Source: an uncultured Thermomicrobiales bacterium
GTDB lineage: Bacteria > Chloroflexota > Chloroflexia > Thermomicrobiales > CFX8
Assembly: GCA_964577155.1 (NCBI GenBank)
Contig: CAZNYB010000007.1
Location: 3,038-67,037 of the forward strand
Length of the DNA stretch: 64,000 nt
Reading direction: 5' to 3'
Shown here: positions 1 to 9,433 of the stretch, in pieces
Numbering within the stretch: the first letter of the stretch is position 1
Layout: every line of letters begins with the position of its first letter
Notes under the pieces: generated by a model
Told to the model about the DNA's origin: nothing
Database searches by the model: none
Seen by the model: only the letters and a program-made list of their open reading frames with translations
Position numbers and translations under genes: made by a program

Positions 1-402
1 GACGCGGTCGATTGATGCTGCCCATTTTGTGACTGGTTTCATCATACCGACCTGATCGGCTTCCTGGAATGCGCCCATGCCATCCAGATCGGTTGGCGTG
101 CCGACACCGATGAGCAACATTGGCGTACACCCGGAATAGGCTTCCAGGGCGCCGGCGACCAGGTTGGCAACCCCGGGACCCGGTGAGCCAAAGGCAACCG
201 CAGGTTGATTCGTGATCCTCGCCCAGGCCATCGCCATAAATACTCCTGATGCTTCATGGCGAACGAGCACTGAGCGGATTGAATCGGAGTCGTAAAGTGC
301 ATCGTAGAACTGTCCCGGGCTGCCAGGTAGACCAAAAACAATGGGAATGTTCTCAGCTTCGAGGCCATTGACCAACGCTTGCCAGCCATTCATTGATTTC
401 AC
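1..402 (-). CDS. Thiamine-diphosphate-dependent enzyme (acetolactate-synthase-like), N-terminal domain only; the rest lies beyond the left edge
   Basis: Absent from the ORF track because there is no stop inside the window. My minus-strand translation from GTG 402 or ATG 393 reads (MKS)MNGWQALVNGLEAENIPIVFGLPGSPGQFYDALYDSDSIRSVLVRHEASGVFMAMAWARITNQPAVAFGSPGPGVANLVAGALEAYSGCTPMLLIGVGT, a typical TPP-enzyme N-terminal pattern. GGAGGAG lies at 408-414 (minus), 5 nt before the GTG. The listed ORF 42..389 is an out-of-frame shadow. Confidence 0.8.
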   Translation of the reverse strand, partial: MKSMNGWQALVNGLEAENIPIVFGLPGSPGQFYDALYDSDSIRSVLVRHEASGVFMAMAWARITNQPAVAFGSPGPGVANLVAGALEAYSGCTPMLLIGVGTPTDLDGMGAFQEADQVGMMKPVTKWAASIDRV

Positions 403-668
403 TGCATCTCCTCCGCAATTCACTGTTGTTGATCGGACGAAGCCCGTACGGACGCCTGTTTTGTTATTGCCTTCTTGTTGAACTGACCAGACGCTCGCGG
501 TACTATTAGCAGTCGCGCCGCGTGCGGAATCAGAACTAGCATCAGGAAGGTCCCAGACAAATTCTGGAAGCAGACACTCCGCCAACTGCCCGCAATTCGT
601 CAACAGTATCCTACCCACTGGCACTTGTCACCGATCTTGAGCGTGCACAGCTCCAGGTCCGGCTGACC

Positions 669-1433
669 GTGCTCAATCAGCAGATCGAAAACGTTCGCTC
701 TGAGATTATTGCTGAAGAGACCTTTCAACGACAGATGATCGACGTGTTCAATAAAGTACTAGACCCGCTGCGTGAAGAAGTCTCGGAGCTCAATGCCGAA
801 ATAGAGCGACTTAACGTCCGGCTGGAGCGACTTGAATATGCCGATGAACCGTTGTCCGACAGGGAACTCGACGATCAGGATCATGAGGAGAGGTCGGAAG
901 CGGCTGCATTCTGGGCATCCTGGCAACATGAACGTGATGAACAAGCCAGGAATTACAGCAAGTTCTATCGTAAGAATGATGTGCGCAAGAACGAGATCAA
1001 GAGACTTTACCGGCAGCTCGCCCGGCTCATTCATCCTGATCTGGCACGCACTGCAACCGAAAGGGCAGGCCGTGAAGTTGCCATGCGATTGGCAAATATC
1101 GCGTTTGAAGCGGGTGATCGAGAACAGCTCCACCGCATGGTCGAGATGTGGACATCAGCCAGCATGCCAGATCCTGAACGAGATTACGATGCGCTGTCGC
1201 GGATGATTGCCCAACGGGAAAAGGAATATCAGGAACTGCGCACACAGCTCCATAGCCTCGTCCGCAACAAAACCGCGCGTCTGGCACGGACGTCCGAACA
1301 GAGCAGAAAGAAAAGGATGGCGGCTCAGCAAGACGAATTGCGGCGGGAGATCGCCGGTTTGCGACTCCGGCGCAGGAGGTTGCTACGGGCAGTCAACGCG
1401 CGACGCAAGCAGATTTCCTCGGTCGCCGACTGA
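669..1433 (+). CDS. J-domain (DnaJ-like) protein with coiled-coil-like flanks
   Basis: Contains NEIKRLYRQLARLIHPDLARTATERAGREVAMRLANIAFEAGD, with the HPD tripeptide at 1032-1040. The flanks are charged and heptad-like. The frame stays open upstream to the stop at 537-539, so the real start may lie upstream of GTG 669. Confidence 0.7.
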   Translation: MLNQQIENVRSEIIAEETFQRQMIDVFNKVLDPLREEVSELNAEIERLNVRLERLEYADEPLSDRELDDQDHEERSEAAAFWASWQHERDEQARNYSKFYRKNDVRKNEIKRLYRQLARLIHPDLARTATERAGREVAMRLANIAFEAGDREQLHRMVEMWTSASMPDPERDYDALSRMIAQREKEYQELRTQLHSLVRNKTARLARTSEQSRKKRMAAQQDELRREIAGLRLRRRRLLRAVNARRKQISSVAD

Positions 1434-1450
1434 ACCGTTTCCTGTCTGGA

Positions 1451-2494
1451 TCAGCCTTGCTGCAATTTCTGGACTCGTGGAATGACCTCTTCGGCGAGAA
1501 GCGTCAGCGTTCGGCGGACTCTAAGATCCTCAACACCCATCAGATGCACGTTCGCCAGCACAACATCTAGTTTTAGGATCTCGATCGAGGACGCGATGTT
1601 CCGGGCAACCGTCTCCGGACCTCCGGCGACGATGATCTGCCGTTTCAGCTGGTCTTCGTACTGTGCTTCGGCTTCCTCGCGGGACGGTGGTTCGGTAGGA
1701 GCGTTTGCGAGTCCTTTTGGATCTGCCGCCAGCGCCGCGCCAAGTTTTTGGAGGTCATCAATTATTTCCTCTTTTGCCTGCTCATCGGTCTCCGCGACGT
1801 AGAAATGCCGCATCAGTGCCAGGCGCTGTCTGGGCGCAAGCTCATTTTTCTCTGACTCGTGAAAGGCACTGGCTGGTACCAGTAGATCCTCATCAGGCTG
1901 GAAGCCGATCGCCTGACTCAACCCGTTGCGGGCAGCCCAGGCAGTTGCCGCCGGATCACCGCCGGCATACCAGATTGGCGGGTGTGGCGACTGGGCTGGT
2001 GGATCGACCCAAATATCACGCACATGATAGAGCGCGCCGTTGTAGGCATAGGGCTGTCCGCGCCACATATCACGCATCATCAGCAAATTTTCGAGAAATA
2101 TTGCCTGACGATGTTCGACCGGCAATCCCAACCCGGCGATTTCCTGGGGGCGGTGGCCCAGGCCAAGGCCGACCTCAAGCCTGCCGTCGGTGAGGTGATC
2201 CAGCGAGCTGATTTCTTCAGCAAGCAAGACAGGATTATGCAATGCAGCTGTGTAGGCAAGAACGCCAAGCCGCGCATGCGATGTTGACATTGACAACGCG
2301 GCGATGATTAACCCGGGTGATGTCGCCCGGTAGAACGGCATGAAGTGGCGTTCGGCCAGGAAGATGTAGTCGAACCCGAGTTGATCGGCAAGAACGTGGT
2401 GTCCGATATGTTCGGTCAAGGACTCCTGGGTCGGCCGGTCTGGATCGACCTGGAAAATGTCAAATATCCCAAATTGAGTTGGAAAGTCGTTCAT
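1451..2494 (-). CDS. LLM-class (luciferase-like) flavin/F420-dependent oxidoreductase
   Basis: Motifs LGFDYIFLAERHF and LEVGLGLGHRPQE. Start moved to ATG 2494 (MNDFPTQFGIF) because the longer ORF overlaps the upstream gene. ATGA stop/start overlap with the M28 peptidase gene. Confidence 0.85.
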   Translation of the reverse strand: MNDFPTQFGIFDIFQVDPDRPTQESLTEHIGHHVLADQLGFDYIFLAERHFMPFYRATSPGLIIAALSMSTSHARLGVLAYTAALHNPVLLAEEISSLDHLTDGRLEVGLGLGHRPQEIAGLGLPVEHRQAIFLENLLMMRDMWRGQPYAYNGALYHVRDIWVDPPAQSPHPPIWYAGGDPAATAWAARNGLSQAIGFQPDEDLLVPASAFHESEKNELAPRQRLALMRHFYVAETDEQAKEEIIDDLQKLGAALAADPKGLANAPTEPPSREEAEAQYEDQLKRQIIVAGGPETVARNIASSIEILKLDVVLANVHLMGVEDLRVRRTLTLLAEEVIPRVQKLQQG

Positions 2495-4272
2495 GCATCC
2501 TTCAATGTTGTCATCGCGATTTGGGTTGCCTGGCCGGCCTCCCAGATCAATCTGTTTCGGCCTCGTGTCAGCGACGTGACGATGACATGCTGGAGATCTT
2601 CGGTAGCCCACTCAAGTTGCAGCGCCGGTGCGAGGTCCGGTAACGCCGGAATCGCGCTAGCCGGGTCTTGCCGAAACTGACCATCACGAGTGTATCCTAA
2701 CGAAACGAGTAGCCGGGCAATTGCTCGCTGGGCGGCGTTGGCGATGTTTTTCAGTTGTGCACTTGTATCGTCGTCGATTTTGGCAGATAGTTCGTAGAAA
2801 CGGTCCAATGACGTGCGTAGCGTTTCCAGCGCAATGACCGCTTCGGTAAGGTCGATATGGCCTTCGGCGGCCTTCTGATAGGTCTGAATCGTCGCCAGCA
2901 TTTCATCGACAGTCGCCCGGTAGTCAAACGGAGCGACTGGCGCGTTCACCGAGCGGAAGACAGCGGTGGCGTAGACCTTCATATCGCGCAGCAGATTATC
3001 GCGATCCGCGATCTGCATCGTGTCATCTTCCGTGTGCCAGGCAATGTTTCCGCCGCAGCCGCCGACCGGGTAATAGCCCTTGTCGTGCCGGAGTTCGTCC
3101 GGCATGGTTGACGACAGCATGAAATAGGTGGTTATGCCGAGGTTGTTAAATGAACAATCTCCAGCCCGCAGAACATGGCCTTCGCCAGTTGACTCCTGTC
3201 CGGTGACATCGCGAATAACGTTCTTGCAGAACTCTTCCGCTTCACTCATCCAGGCGACATTTTCATAGACAGTTGCCCACCGGCAACCCGGAGAATCGCA
3301 GTTGATATGCGAAATGCAGTTCGCGGCCAACTCTATCGCATACTCGTCGGCGAACCAGGTTGAGCCAGCGTACCGTCCGTGGGAGTGGCCGCTCCACCAT
3401 GCGATTTTCAGATGCCGATTGAGCTTGTCGCTGTGTTTCTGAAACACCCGGGCCAGTTCGAGAAGCGTCGCATCCCCGGTGGCGTTGTCGCCGATGCCCT
3501 CATGCCAGGAGTCCAGGTGCCCGTGAAACAGCACAAACTCTTCCGTATCGTGATGGCCGAGGATTTCAGCGACGACGACGGGTATCTTTCTCCAACCGGT
3601 GTCGACGTTGTTCGAAAAGGCGACCTTAACCGGTCCGTCGCTGAGCTTTCCGATCAGCTCGTCTCCATCCGGCCGGTTGATCGCGAGAATTGGCACTGGC
3701 GCGGTTCGTCCGAGAGAATCGAGATCTGGTGAACCCCAGGTCGTCGTCGTGATCCCTTCATGAATGTTCTGACCAGGGTTGATAAACAGGGCCGCAACAG
3801 CACCCGACCCTGCAAGATCGAAACCCCGGGCGGCAATGCCCAGACCCTCAGTCATCACGACTTTGCCGCGCAGATCGATTTCCTGGTCCGGCGTGTGTTG
3901 CTCCGAAAAGAGTTCATTGATTCCAGCGGCTTGATTCCCCGGCAGGTAGACCAGCTCGGCTTCGATCTCAGCGCCGCCAGTTTCTGGTGAAAACGAGGTT
4001 GTCTTGATCCGGTATTCGCGTCCGTCCTGACCAAGCGTTCGCAACGTTGCTGGTCCAGGCAGGCTAATCAGACAGGTTGGGTAGTATACGGTGTTCCAAA
4101 CGCCCCAGTTGTCCAGTTTCCCGGTGATATAGTCGACGGCTTTTGCTTCATCCTCTGACCCAGAGAGCCGGTGCAAGGTGGAAAATCGCTCCAGGAGTTG
4201 CCATGGCTCATCAAGCGAAATGTCACCAAGCAACGCCGACTCGGTAGCTTCATCTTTCCAGGCGGTATTCAC
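2491..4272 (-). CDS. M28-family metallopeptidase with PA-domain-like insert
   Basis: Motifs FHGHLDSWHEGIGDNATGDATLLELARVF and WWSGHSHGRYAGSTWF. Start set to GTG 4272, with AAGGAG (4281-4286, minus) 8 nt upstream. The longer ORF (to 4425) overlaps the hydrolase gene. Confidence 0.8.
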   Translation of the reverse strand: MNTAWKDEATESALLGDISLDEPWQLLERFSTLHRLSGSEDEAKAVDYITGKLDNWGVWNTVYYPTCLISLPGPATLRTLGQDGREYRIKTTSFSPETGGAEIEAELVYLPGNQAAGINELFSEQHTPDQEIDLRGKVVMTEGLGIAARGFDLAGSGAVAALFINPGQNIHEGITTTTWGSPDLDSLGRTAPVPILAINRPDGDELIGKLSDGPVKVAFSNNVDTGWRKIPVVVAEILGHHDTEEFVLFHGHLDSWHEGIGDNATGDATLLELARVFQKHSDKLNRHLKIAWWSGHSHGRYAGSTWFADEYAIELAANCISHINCDSPGCRWATVYENVAWMSEAEEFCKNVIRDVTGQESTGEGHVLRAGDCSFNNLGITTYFMLSSTMPDELRHDKGYYPVGGCGGNIAWHTEDDTMQIADRDNLLRDMKVYATAVFRSVNAPVAPFDYRATVDEMLATIQTYQKAAEGHIDLTEAVIALETLRTSLDRFYELSAKIDDDTSAQLKNIANAAQRAIARLLVSLGYTRDGQFRQDPASAIPALPDLAPALQLEWATEDLQHVIVTSLTRGRNRLIWEAGQATQIAMTTLKDA

Positions 4273-4309
4273 TATTCGTTCTCCTTCGTTGACCGGGCTG
4301 AAATATGTG

Positions 4310-5167
4310 TCATGCCTGCCGTCCAAATCCCAGTTCGAATTCTTCGTTTTCGCCCAACCCGCTGCGGACAAGGAACCGGTGGACGGTTTCGTTCCACAGC
4401 AGCGGATTTTCCCTGGCGGCTCCATGATGCGCCTCTGGCAGTATCACAAATTCGCTGCCTGAAATCATTTTGTGCCACTCGTAGGATAGCGTGATGGTCT
4501 TTTGTGATTCGTTGCCTCCGACCAGCACCAGGACCGGAAAATTCCAGGCAGCCATCTCAGCGGCACGGGGCCGGCAATCAAATTCCCGGATAGCTTTCAG
4601 CGCTTCTATTGCCGAACGTTGATCCCCACCCAGGCCGGCATTGAGTGTGCCAAGATAGCGTCCAAACTCCGTATTCTCAAAGCCAGGTCGTTGTGTTGGT
4701 GGACCAGTCTCTTCCCAGGGGTGTGATGGTGGCTGGTTGACGATGGGTCTGCCGCCAGCTTCGATAACGCTGATTTGCTGGTCGATCCAGATCTGTGAAT
4801 CCCGGCGGAAGTACGGAACAGTATGGCCAATAATCAGCCCGAGGGTTCGTTCGGGAAAATCGAGTCCGAATTGACAGGCGATGACACCGCCTAGCGACGC
4901 GCCACCGACAATTGCCTGGTCGATTTCCAGCGCGTCGAGCAGTCCTGCCAGATCAGCAGCGAAATCGGCATTTGCCCATGGCCCCGGAGGGGAATCCGAC
5001 CGGCCGGTGCCACGCCGGTCGAAGGTGATCACTCGAAAAAACTGAGAAAAATAGGGTAACTGGTACGGCATCCAGCTCATGTGATGATGAGCCTGGAGCA
5101 CCAGTGGCACTCCTTCGCCAGCTTGCTCGTAGTACAGCCGGATTCCATTTGATTCAACTCTTGGCAT
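4310..5167 (-). CDS. Alpha/beta-fold hydrolase
   Basis: ITFDRRGTGRSD and nucleophile elbow GGASLGG; the length fits the fold. Confidence 0.8.
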   Translation of the reverse strand: MPRVESNGIRLYYEQAGEGVPLVLQAHHHMSWMPYQLPYFSQFFRVITFDRRGTGRSDSPPGPWANADFAADLAGLLDALEIDQAIVGGASLGGVIACQFGLDFPERTLGLIIGHTVPYFRRDSQIWIDQQISVIEAGGRPIVNQPPSHPWEETGPPTQRPGFENTEFGRYLGTLNAGLGGDQRSAIEALKAIREFDCRPRAAEMAAWNFPVLVLVGGNESQKTITLSYEWHKMISGSEFVILPEAHHGAARENPLLWNETVHRFLVRSGLGENEEFELGFGRQA

Positions 5168-5183
5168 GAATTGCTCCCGTCGA

Positions 5184-7061
5184 CTACGGTTTCAAGTGCA
5201 TTTCAAACCAGGCAACGACACGTTTCAGGAGATCCAGTTGAAATGCTCGCTCGTGGAATCCGTGCCCCTGGCGCGGGTATGTTACGAAATCACATGCTAC
5301 ACCCTGATCCCGCAGCCCGAGATAGAATTCCATGCCCTGACTGACCGGTACGCGGACGTCCGCCTGTCCATGGACGACCAGCGTCGGCGTGGTGATGTTC
5401 CCCAGGTATCGTACTGGAGATCGTTCCCAGAGACGGTCTGGATTTTCGTTCATTGTCGTTTCGAAGTTGAACTCGTTCGCCGGCCGGATATCCGTTGTTC
5501 CAACTTTGCTTGGCCAGTTGGTCACCGCTGCGCCTGCCACGGCGGCTTTGAAGCGGTCTGTCTGGCCTACCGCCCAGGCAGTGAGAAATCCGCCGTAGGA
5601 CCAGCCGCCGATGCCAATCCTGTCAGGATCGGCGATCTTACGGTCTACCAGCATGTCCACGCCACGAAGCACATCCTGGTAGTCCTCGCCACCAAGGTCA
5701 TTCCGGTTGAGCGACTCGAAGGCGGCGCCCTGGCCTTTGGACCCACGAGGATTTGGTAGTAATACGGCAAAGCCGGCAGCGGCCAGATTCTGTCCCCAGT
5801 CGTGCCAGTGAGCGTGGAACCAGTTGCCCCAGGCCATTGACGGCCCGCCATGCACATTGACCACCAGCGGCAGTGGTCCGTTTTCTGTTCTGCCGGGAGG
5901 TAAAAGGAGCCAGCCGTAGATTTTTTGCCCGTCTTCGCCCGACCAGGTGACTTCCTGCATCTCGGCGAATTCAACATCATCCAGGTGCGGGTTCAGGTTT
6001 GATAGCTGGCTGGCTTTGCCAGCCCGGCTCATTACAAAGACATCTGCCGGACGGTCGGATTTTGCTGCTGTGATCGCCAATGCATGCCCATCAGGCGGGG
6101 CGCTAACTTCTGGGACGATCCATCGTTCTTGCAACACTGGATCCGTTGAAACAGGCTCAAGCTCCTCACCAGTTGCGTCCGACCAGTAGAGACGGGTACG
6201 TTGACCTTCAACTGCGTGGATCAGGAGCCGGTTTCCTACGAACTTCGTTTGATATGGCGACATACCACCGTCATCGTGGAAGGTGATTGTGCCGCTTGAT
6301 ACATCTACGGTAGTGACGCACGGATACATATGATCCTGTACACCGGCATTGATGAATGAGAGCTGTCTTCCATCTGGGGACCAGCTAATTTCCGGCGAAC
6401 TGCGAAAGGCGCCAAACTCCCTGGCATCTCCCTGACCTTTGACGAAGAGCCTGGCTCGATCCCATGAACCATCAAGTGTGTTGTCTGGCGTAACGAACAT
6501 CGCAAATTCATTGGCAACAGGTGACTCCGCGTAGCTTGCGACATGGCCAGTCTCCGGTCCTAGATCTGTCGGAACACCTCCGGAAGCGGCGACCCTTGCC
6601 AGCGTGCGAGGTTTTGCTTGTTCGCTGGCTACGTAGATATCGGATTTCGACTGTGTTTCGCCCTGCACGTCCGCGCGTCGGGCCGTGAAATAGAGGTACG
6701 CTCCATCATGCGACCAGCTGAGGTTGCTGATCCCGCCGGGTAGATTCGTCAGCCGGAATGGTTCACCGCCTCCTGCGGGGACGCGAAATGCTTGAAGCGT
6801 GCCGCGTTCGACGCTGTCTGACAAGAATGCGATGGTTTCGCCATCCGGAGACCATCTCGGTTGGTGGTTGTGATGTTCGTTTCCGGTGAGCGGAACTGGA
6901 GATGAGGATCCATCTGTCGGGGCGACAAAGATGGCGGTTGCCGGGTTGGTTTCCAGGTGGCCTTTCGGACTGACGACGAATGCGACTCTCGATCCATTCG
7001 GAGAGATCTGTGGATCGCTCGCTTCGCGGTAGTCGACTGCCATTTCAGGAGTGTATTTCAA
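5184..7061 (-). CDS. S9-family serine peptidase (prolyl oligopeptidase / acylaminoacyl-peptidase type) with N-terminal beta-propeller
   Basis: GGWSYGGFLT (Ser), VVHGQADVRVP (Asp) and RQGHGF (His), plus repeated WSPDG propeller motifs. Confidence 0.85.
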   Translation of the reverse strand: MKYTPEMAVDYREASDPQISPNGSRVAFVVSPKGHLETNPATAIFVAPTDGSSSPVPLTGNEHHNHQPRWSPDGETIAFLSDSVERGTLQAFRVPAGGGEPFRLTNLPGGISNLSWSHDGAYLYFTARRADVQGETQSKSDIYVASEQAKPRTLARVAASGGVPTDLGPETGHVASYAESPVANEFAMFVTPDNTLDGSWDRARLFVKGQGDAREFGAFRSSPEISWSPDGRQLSFINAGVQDHMYPCVTTVDVSSGTITFHDDGGMSPYQTKFVGNRLLIHAVEGQRTRLYWSDATGEELEPVSTDPVLQERWIVPEVSAPPDGHALAITAAKSDRPADVFVMSRAGKASQLSNLNPHLDDVEFAEMQEVTWSGEDGQKIYGWLLLPPGRTENGPLPLVVNVHGGPSMAWGNWFHAHWHDWGQNLAAAGFAVLLPNPRGSKGQGAAFESLNRNDLGGEDYQDVLRGVDMLVDRKIADPDRIGIGGWSYGGFLTAWAVGQTDRFKAAVAGAAVTNWPSKVGTTDIRPANEFNFETTMNENPDRLWERSPVRYLGNITTPTLVVHGQADVRVPVSQGMEFYLGLRDQGVACDFVTYPRQGHGFHERAFQLDLLKRVVAWFEMHLKP

Positions 7062-7133
7062 CAGTAGTTCCTCATCTTTTTCCTACATCCGCTTCGCGAT
7101 GGTTGCGGATCCGTCTTACCTGGCTAGACGTCT

Positions 7134-7898
7134 TTACAGATCCTCATCGCTTTCAACGGCCTGAATTTCATCAACGATAGCCCGCAGGTCGATATCCCGC
7201 AGGTGAATTCGTACGATCGGTTCTCCGCGATGGTCGAACAACAGGACGTCCACATGGTCACTGGCATCGATTAGATCAGAACCGGCATAGTCCATTTCAA
7301 TAGCCAGGAATGGAACGCTGTTTGAGAGATCCGGACCGCCCGGCACGGCTTTGGTGTTTGCGGTCGCATATTCCCAGTGCGCGGCCAGATCAACCAGGGC
7401 GCCGCGCTCATTAGGCGACGAGCCGAGGTAGACGGAGACATCGATCCGGCCGTCGCTGAGATGAAGATAGTAGCCGTCAGACGTCAGTTCAACCGCGATA
7501 TCCGCGGGAAACCAGATGTCATGTACCAGCAGTGGCCGGGCAGTGGCGTGATTTTCAGACTCTTCGTCGTCCTCATCGCTCGTGCTCTGCTGGAGCAACG
7601 AATAGTGCGCAAGCCCGTAGAGGTAGAGCACTTCAGCGAGCTGCTTGCGCTGGCTCGCGTCATACTGATCGCCAAGCACATCGACGACCAGGCGTTCGAT
7701 GCCACGCAGCATCCGGTCATATTCATCCCGACCCTGCAATTCGCGTTCGGCAAACCCGGCAGCCATGCCGTAGGAACGGGAAAGTTCTTCATACAGTCGA
7801 TCACCAGATTGTTCTGCCAGAAATTCGCGAATATCGTCGAACAACTGATCTTCAGTACGATCTGGTTCTGGTTGAGACTCTGGAGCATTCAACCGCAT
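7134..7898 (-). CDS. Hypothetical acidic protein
   Basis: Long ORF with coding-like composition and an acidic linker (SDEDDEESE). I recognise no motif. Confidence 0.5.
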   Translation of the reverse strand: MRLNAPESQPEPDRTEDQLFDDIREFLAEQSGDRLYEELSRSYGMAAGFAERELQGRDEYDRMLRGIERLVVDVLGDQYDASQRKQLAEVLYLYGLAHYSLLQQSTSDEDDEESENHATARPLLVHDIWFPADIAVELTSDGYYLHLSDGRIDVSVYLGSSPNERGALVDLAAHWEYATANTKAVPGGPDLSNSVPFLAIEMDYAGSDLIDASDHVDVLLFDHRGEPIVRIHLRDIDLRAIVDEIQAVESDEDL

Positions 7899-8018
7899 TT
7901 CTCCCGTTCACTGCTGGAAATTGCCTGGTGATCTCACAGGATCGCGCTAGTTGAACAGTTTCCGATCATCAAGCAGCCCGCGTCACATTACCAGATGCTT
8001 CAGGTCTCGGCCATACCT

Positions 8019-8729
8019 TCAGTTCTGACCAGACGAGGAGTTCAGTGCCTGGCGTATGGCTTCGACAAATGCATCGGTATCCGCGAGATTTTCCAGTAGA
8101 CCATCTGGCTCAAGATCACGGAGGGTAGCCATATCAAAACGTCCAGTGGCCACTGCAACGACTTTTGTGTTTGCGTGTCTCGCTGCCGCGATGTCTCTCG
8201 GCGTGTCACCTACCAGAACGGTCCGATCGGAAGGGTAGCGATGCCCTCGAGCCGCCTCAATTTCCCGCCAGGCGGCTTCTACGAGGTGGCCGCGATCGCG
8301 GGCGGAATCACCAAATGCGCCGGTGATTTCGAGCGAATGCAATCCCGCGCGCTCCAGTTTCAATCTGGCTACTTCCCTGGCATTGCCGGTAAGCAGCGCG
8401 GTGTCCCACCCTTGCCGGGCGGCAGCTTCAACTGCCTGGTGTACTCCGGGGAGCAGACGGTGCTGGTTCGAAACCCCGAGCGTCGACTGCTCGTACAGCA
8501 CACCCATGCGATCCATAACCCGAATGACGCGATCTTCTATATGCCGTTCATTCAGATTGTGTTTTCTGGCGAGCAGTCGCGTGATCTCAGCGTCCAGCAT
8601 GCCAGCCAGCGGCGTGCCGTCGAGATCGGGTTCAAGCTCGAACACTTCTCGAAATGCATTCAGCAACGCTGCCGAGTGATCACGATCTCCCGGCGCGAGC
8701 AGGGTGCCATCAATATCGAAGAGGATCAG
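8019..8729 (-). CDS. HAD-superfamily hydrolase (phosphoglycolate-phosphatase-like)
   Basis: The ORF track starts at TTG 8666. The same frame upstream encodes ALILFDIDGTLLAPGDRDHSAA, which includes HAD motif I (DxDGT) at 8717-8703. C-terminal VLVGDTPRDIAAA is motif III-like. The 5' end is provisionally set to CTG 8729 (see findings). Confidence 0.7.
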   Translation of the reverse strand: MILFDIDGTLLAPGDRDHSAALLNAFREVFELEPDLDGTPLAGMLDAEITRLLARKHNLNERHIEDRVIRVMDRMGVLYEQSTLGVSNQHRLLPGVHQAVEAAARQGWDTALLTGNAREVARLKLERAGLHSLEITGAFGDSARDRGHLVEAAWREIEAARGHRYPSDRTVLVGDTPRDIAAARHANTKVVAVATGRFDMATLRDLEPDGLLENLADTDAFVEAIRQALNSSSGQN

Positions 8730-8743
8730 TGCGGTTCGGACGG

Positions 8744-9343
8744 CTAAGCCTCTCTGACTTCCGGTTCTTCTTCCGTGAACGAAGCCAGATAAGCCTCTTC
8801 GCTTACGATTGAGCCGGGCGCCTGGCGGAGGTCGATTTCACGCTGCCGTCTTGCCATGGCTTGTTCCACTGCTTCTTCACCGCCGAGGTGCTTTTCAATC
8901 ATCTCGTCAAGTCCGAAGCACAAATCAACATGGACGTCGTCTTCGGCGTATCTCATGACCAGATCTTCCATCCGGGCCCAGTAGTAATCTTCCCCGCCAG
9001 CTCGAAGCTCCCAGGCAGGTCGAACCTGGACGATGAGATTTTCCTCCGGAATGTAGTAGTCAAAGATCTGGTTGATGTCGTACTGGTAGCCCTTGCAGGC
9101 CGGGCAGCGGGATTTGTGGATCGTTTGACGCAAAATACCCTCGCGCCCGCCCGGGTGAGTATCTGAATTGATGAAGTTCGCAACGCCAGGATGCCAGATC
9201 GACTGGCACTTTGGACAGGTGAGGTCGATTTCGCCGAAACGCGTTCTCAGATGTTCCGGATATTGAGCTTCTAGTTTTTCCAGTTCCGTGAGTTCCGCTT
9301 CCTCTACCACCGGTTCAGTGGTATCTACAATCTCGTCGGACAT
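8744..9343 (-). CDS. CpXC-domain (zinc-ribbon-like) protein
   Basis: LTCPKCQSIW ... SRCPACKGYQY. Start moved to ATG 9343 (MSDEIV) behind AAGGAAAGGA. Confidence 0.65.
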   Translation of the reverse strand: MSDEIVDTTEPVVEEAELTELEKLEAQYPEHLRTRFGEIDLTCPKCQSIWHPGVANFINSDTHPGGREGILRQTIHKSRCPACKGYQYDINQIFDYYIPEENLIVQVRPAWELRAGGEDYYWARMEDLVMRYAEDDVHVDLCFGLDEMIEKHLGGEEAVEQAMARRQREIDLRQAPGSIVSEEAYLASFTEEEPEVREA

Positions 9344-9433
9344 ATGTTTCCTTTCCTTCGTGTTGAGCGTTGCCCGGTTGCAAACCGACTGCAACCGTTG
9401 AGTATGGTGAATCCCGTTACATAAAAGCAAGGT

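Noticed and set aside
42-389. 115-aa minus-strand ORF from the track
   Set aside because: It is out of frame with a much better-supported TPP-enzyme reading frame on the same strand (1..402), and its sequence is low-complexity and Trp/Arg-rich, typical of a frame shadow.
2495-2611. N-terminal extensions of track ORFs that overlap the upstream cistron. Other cases: 4273-4425, 9344-9430, 10484-10612, 24945-25040, 36615-36686, 40212-40292, 46273-46371, 48817-48921.
   Set aside because: In each case an internal ATG/GTG/TTG with a GGAG-type RBS starts exactly where family similarity begins and removes the overlap. I treat the extensions as ORF-finder artefacts.
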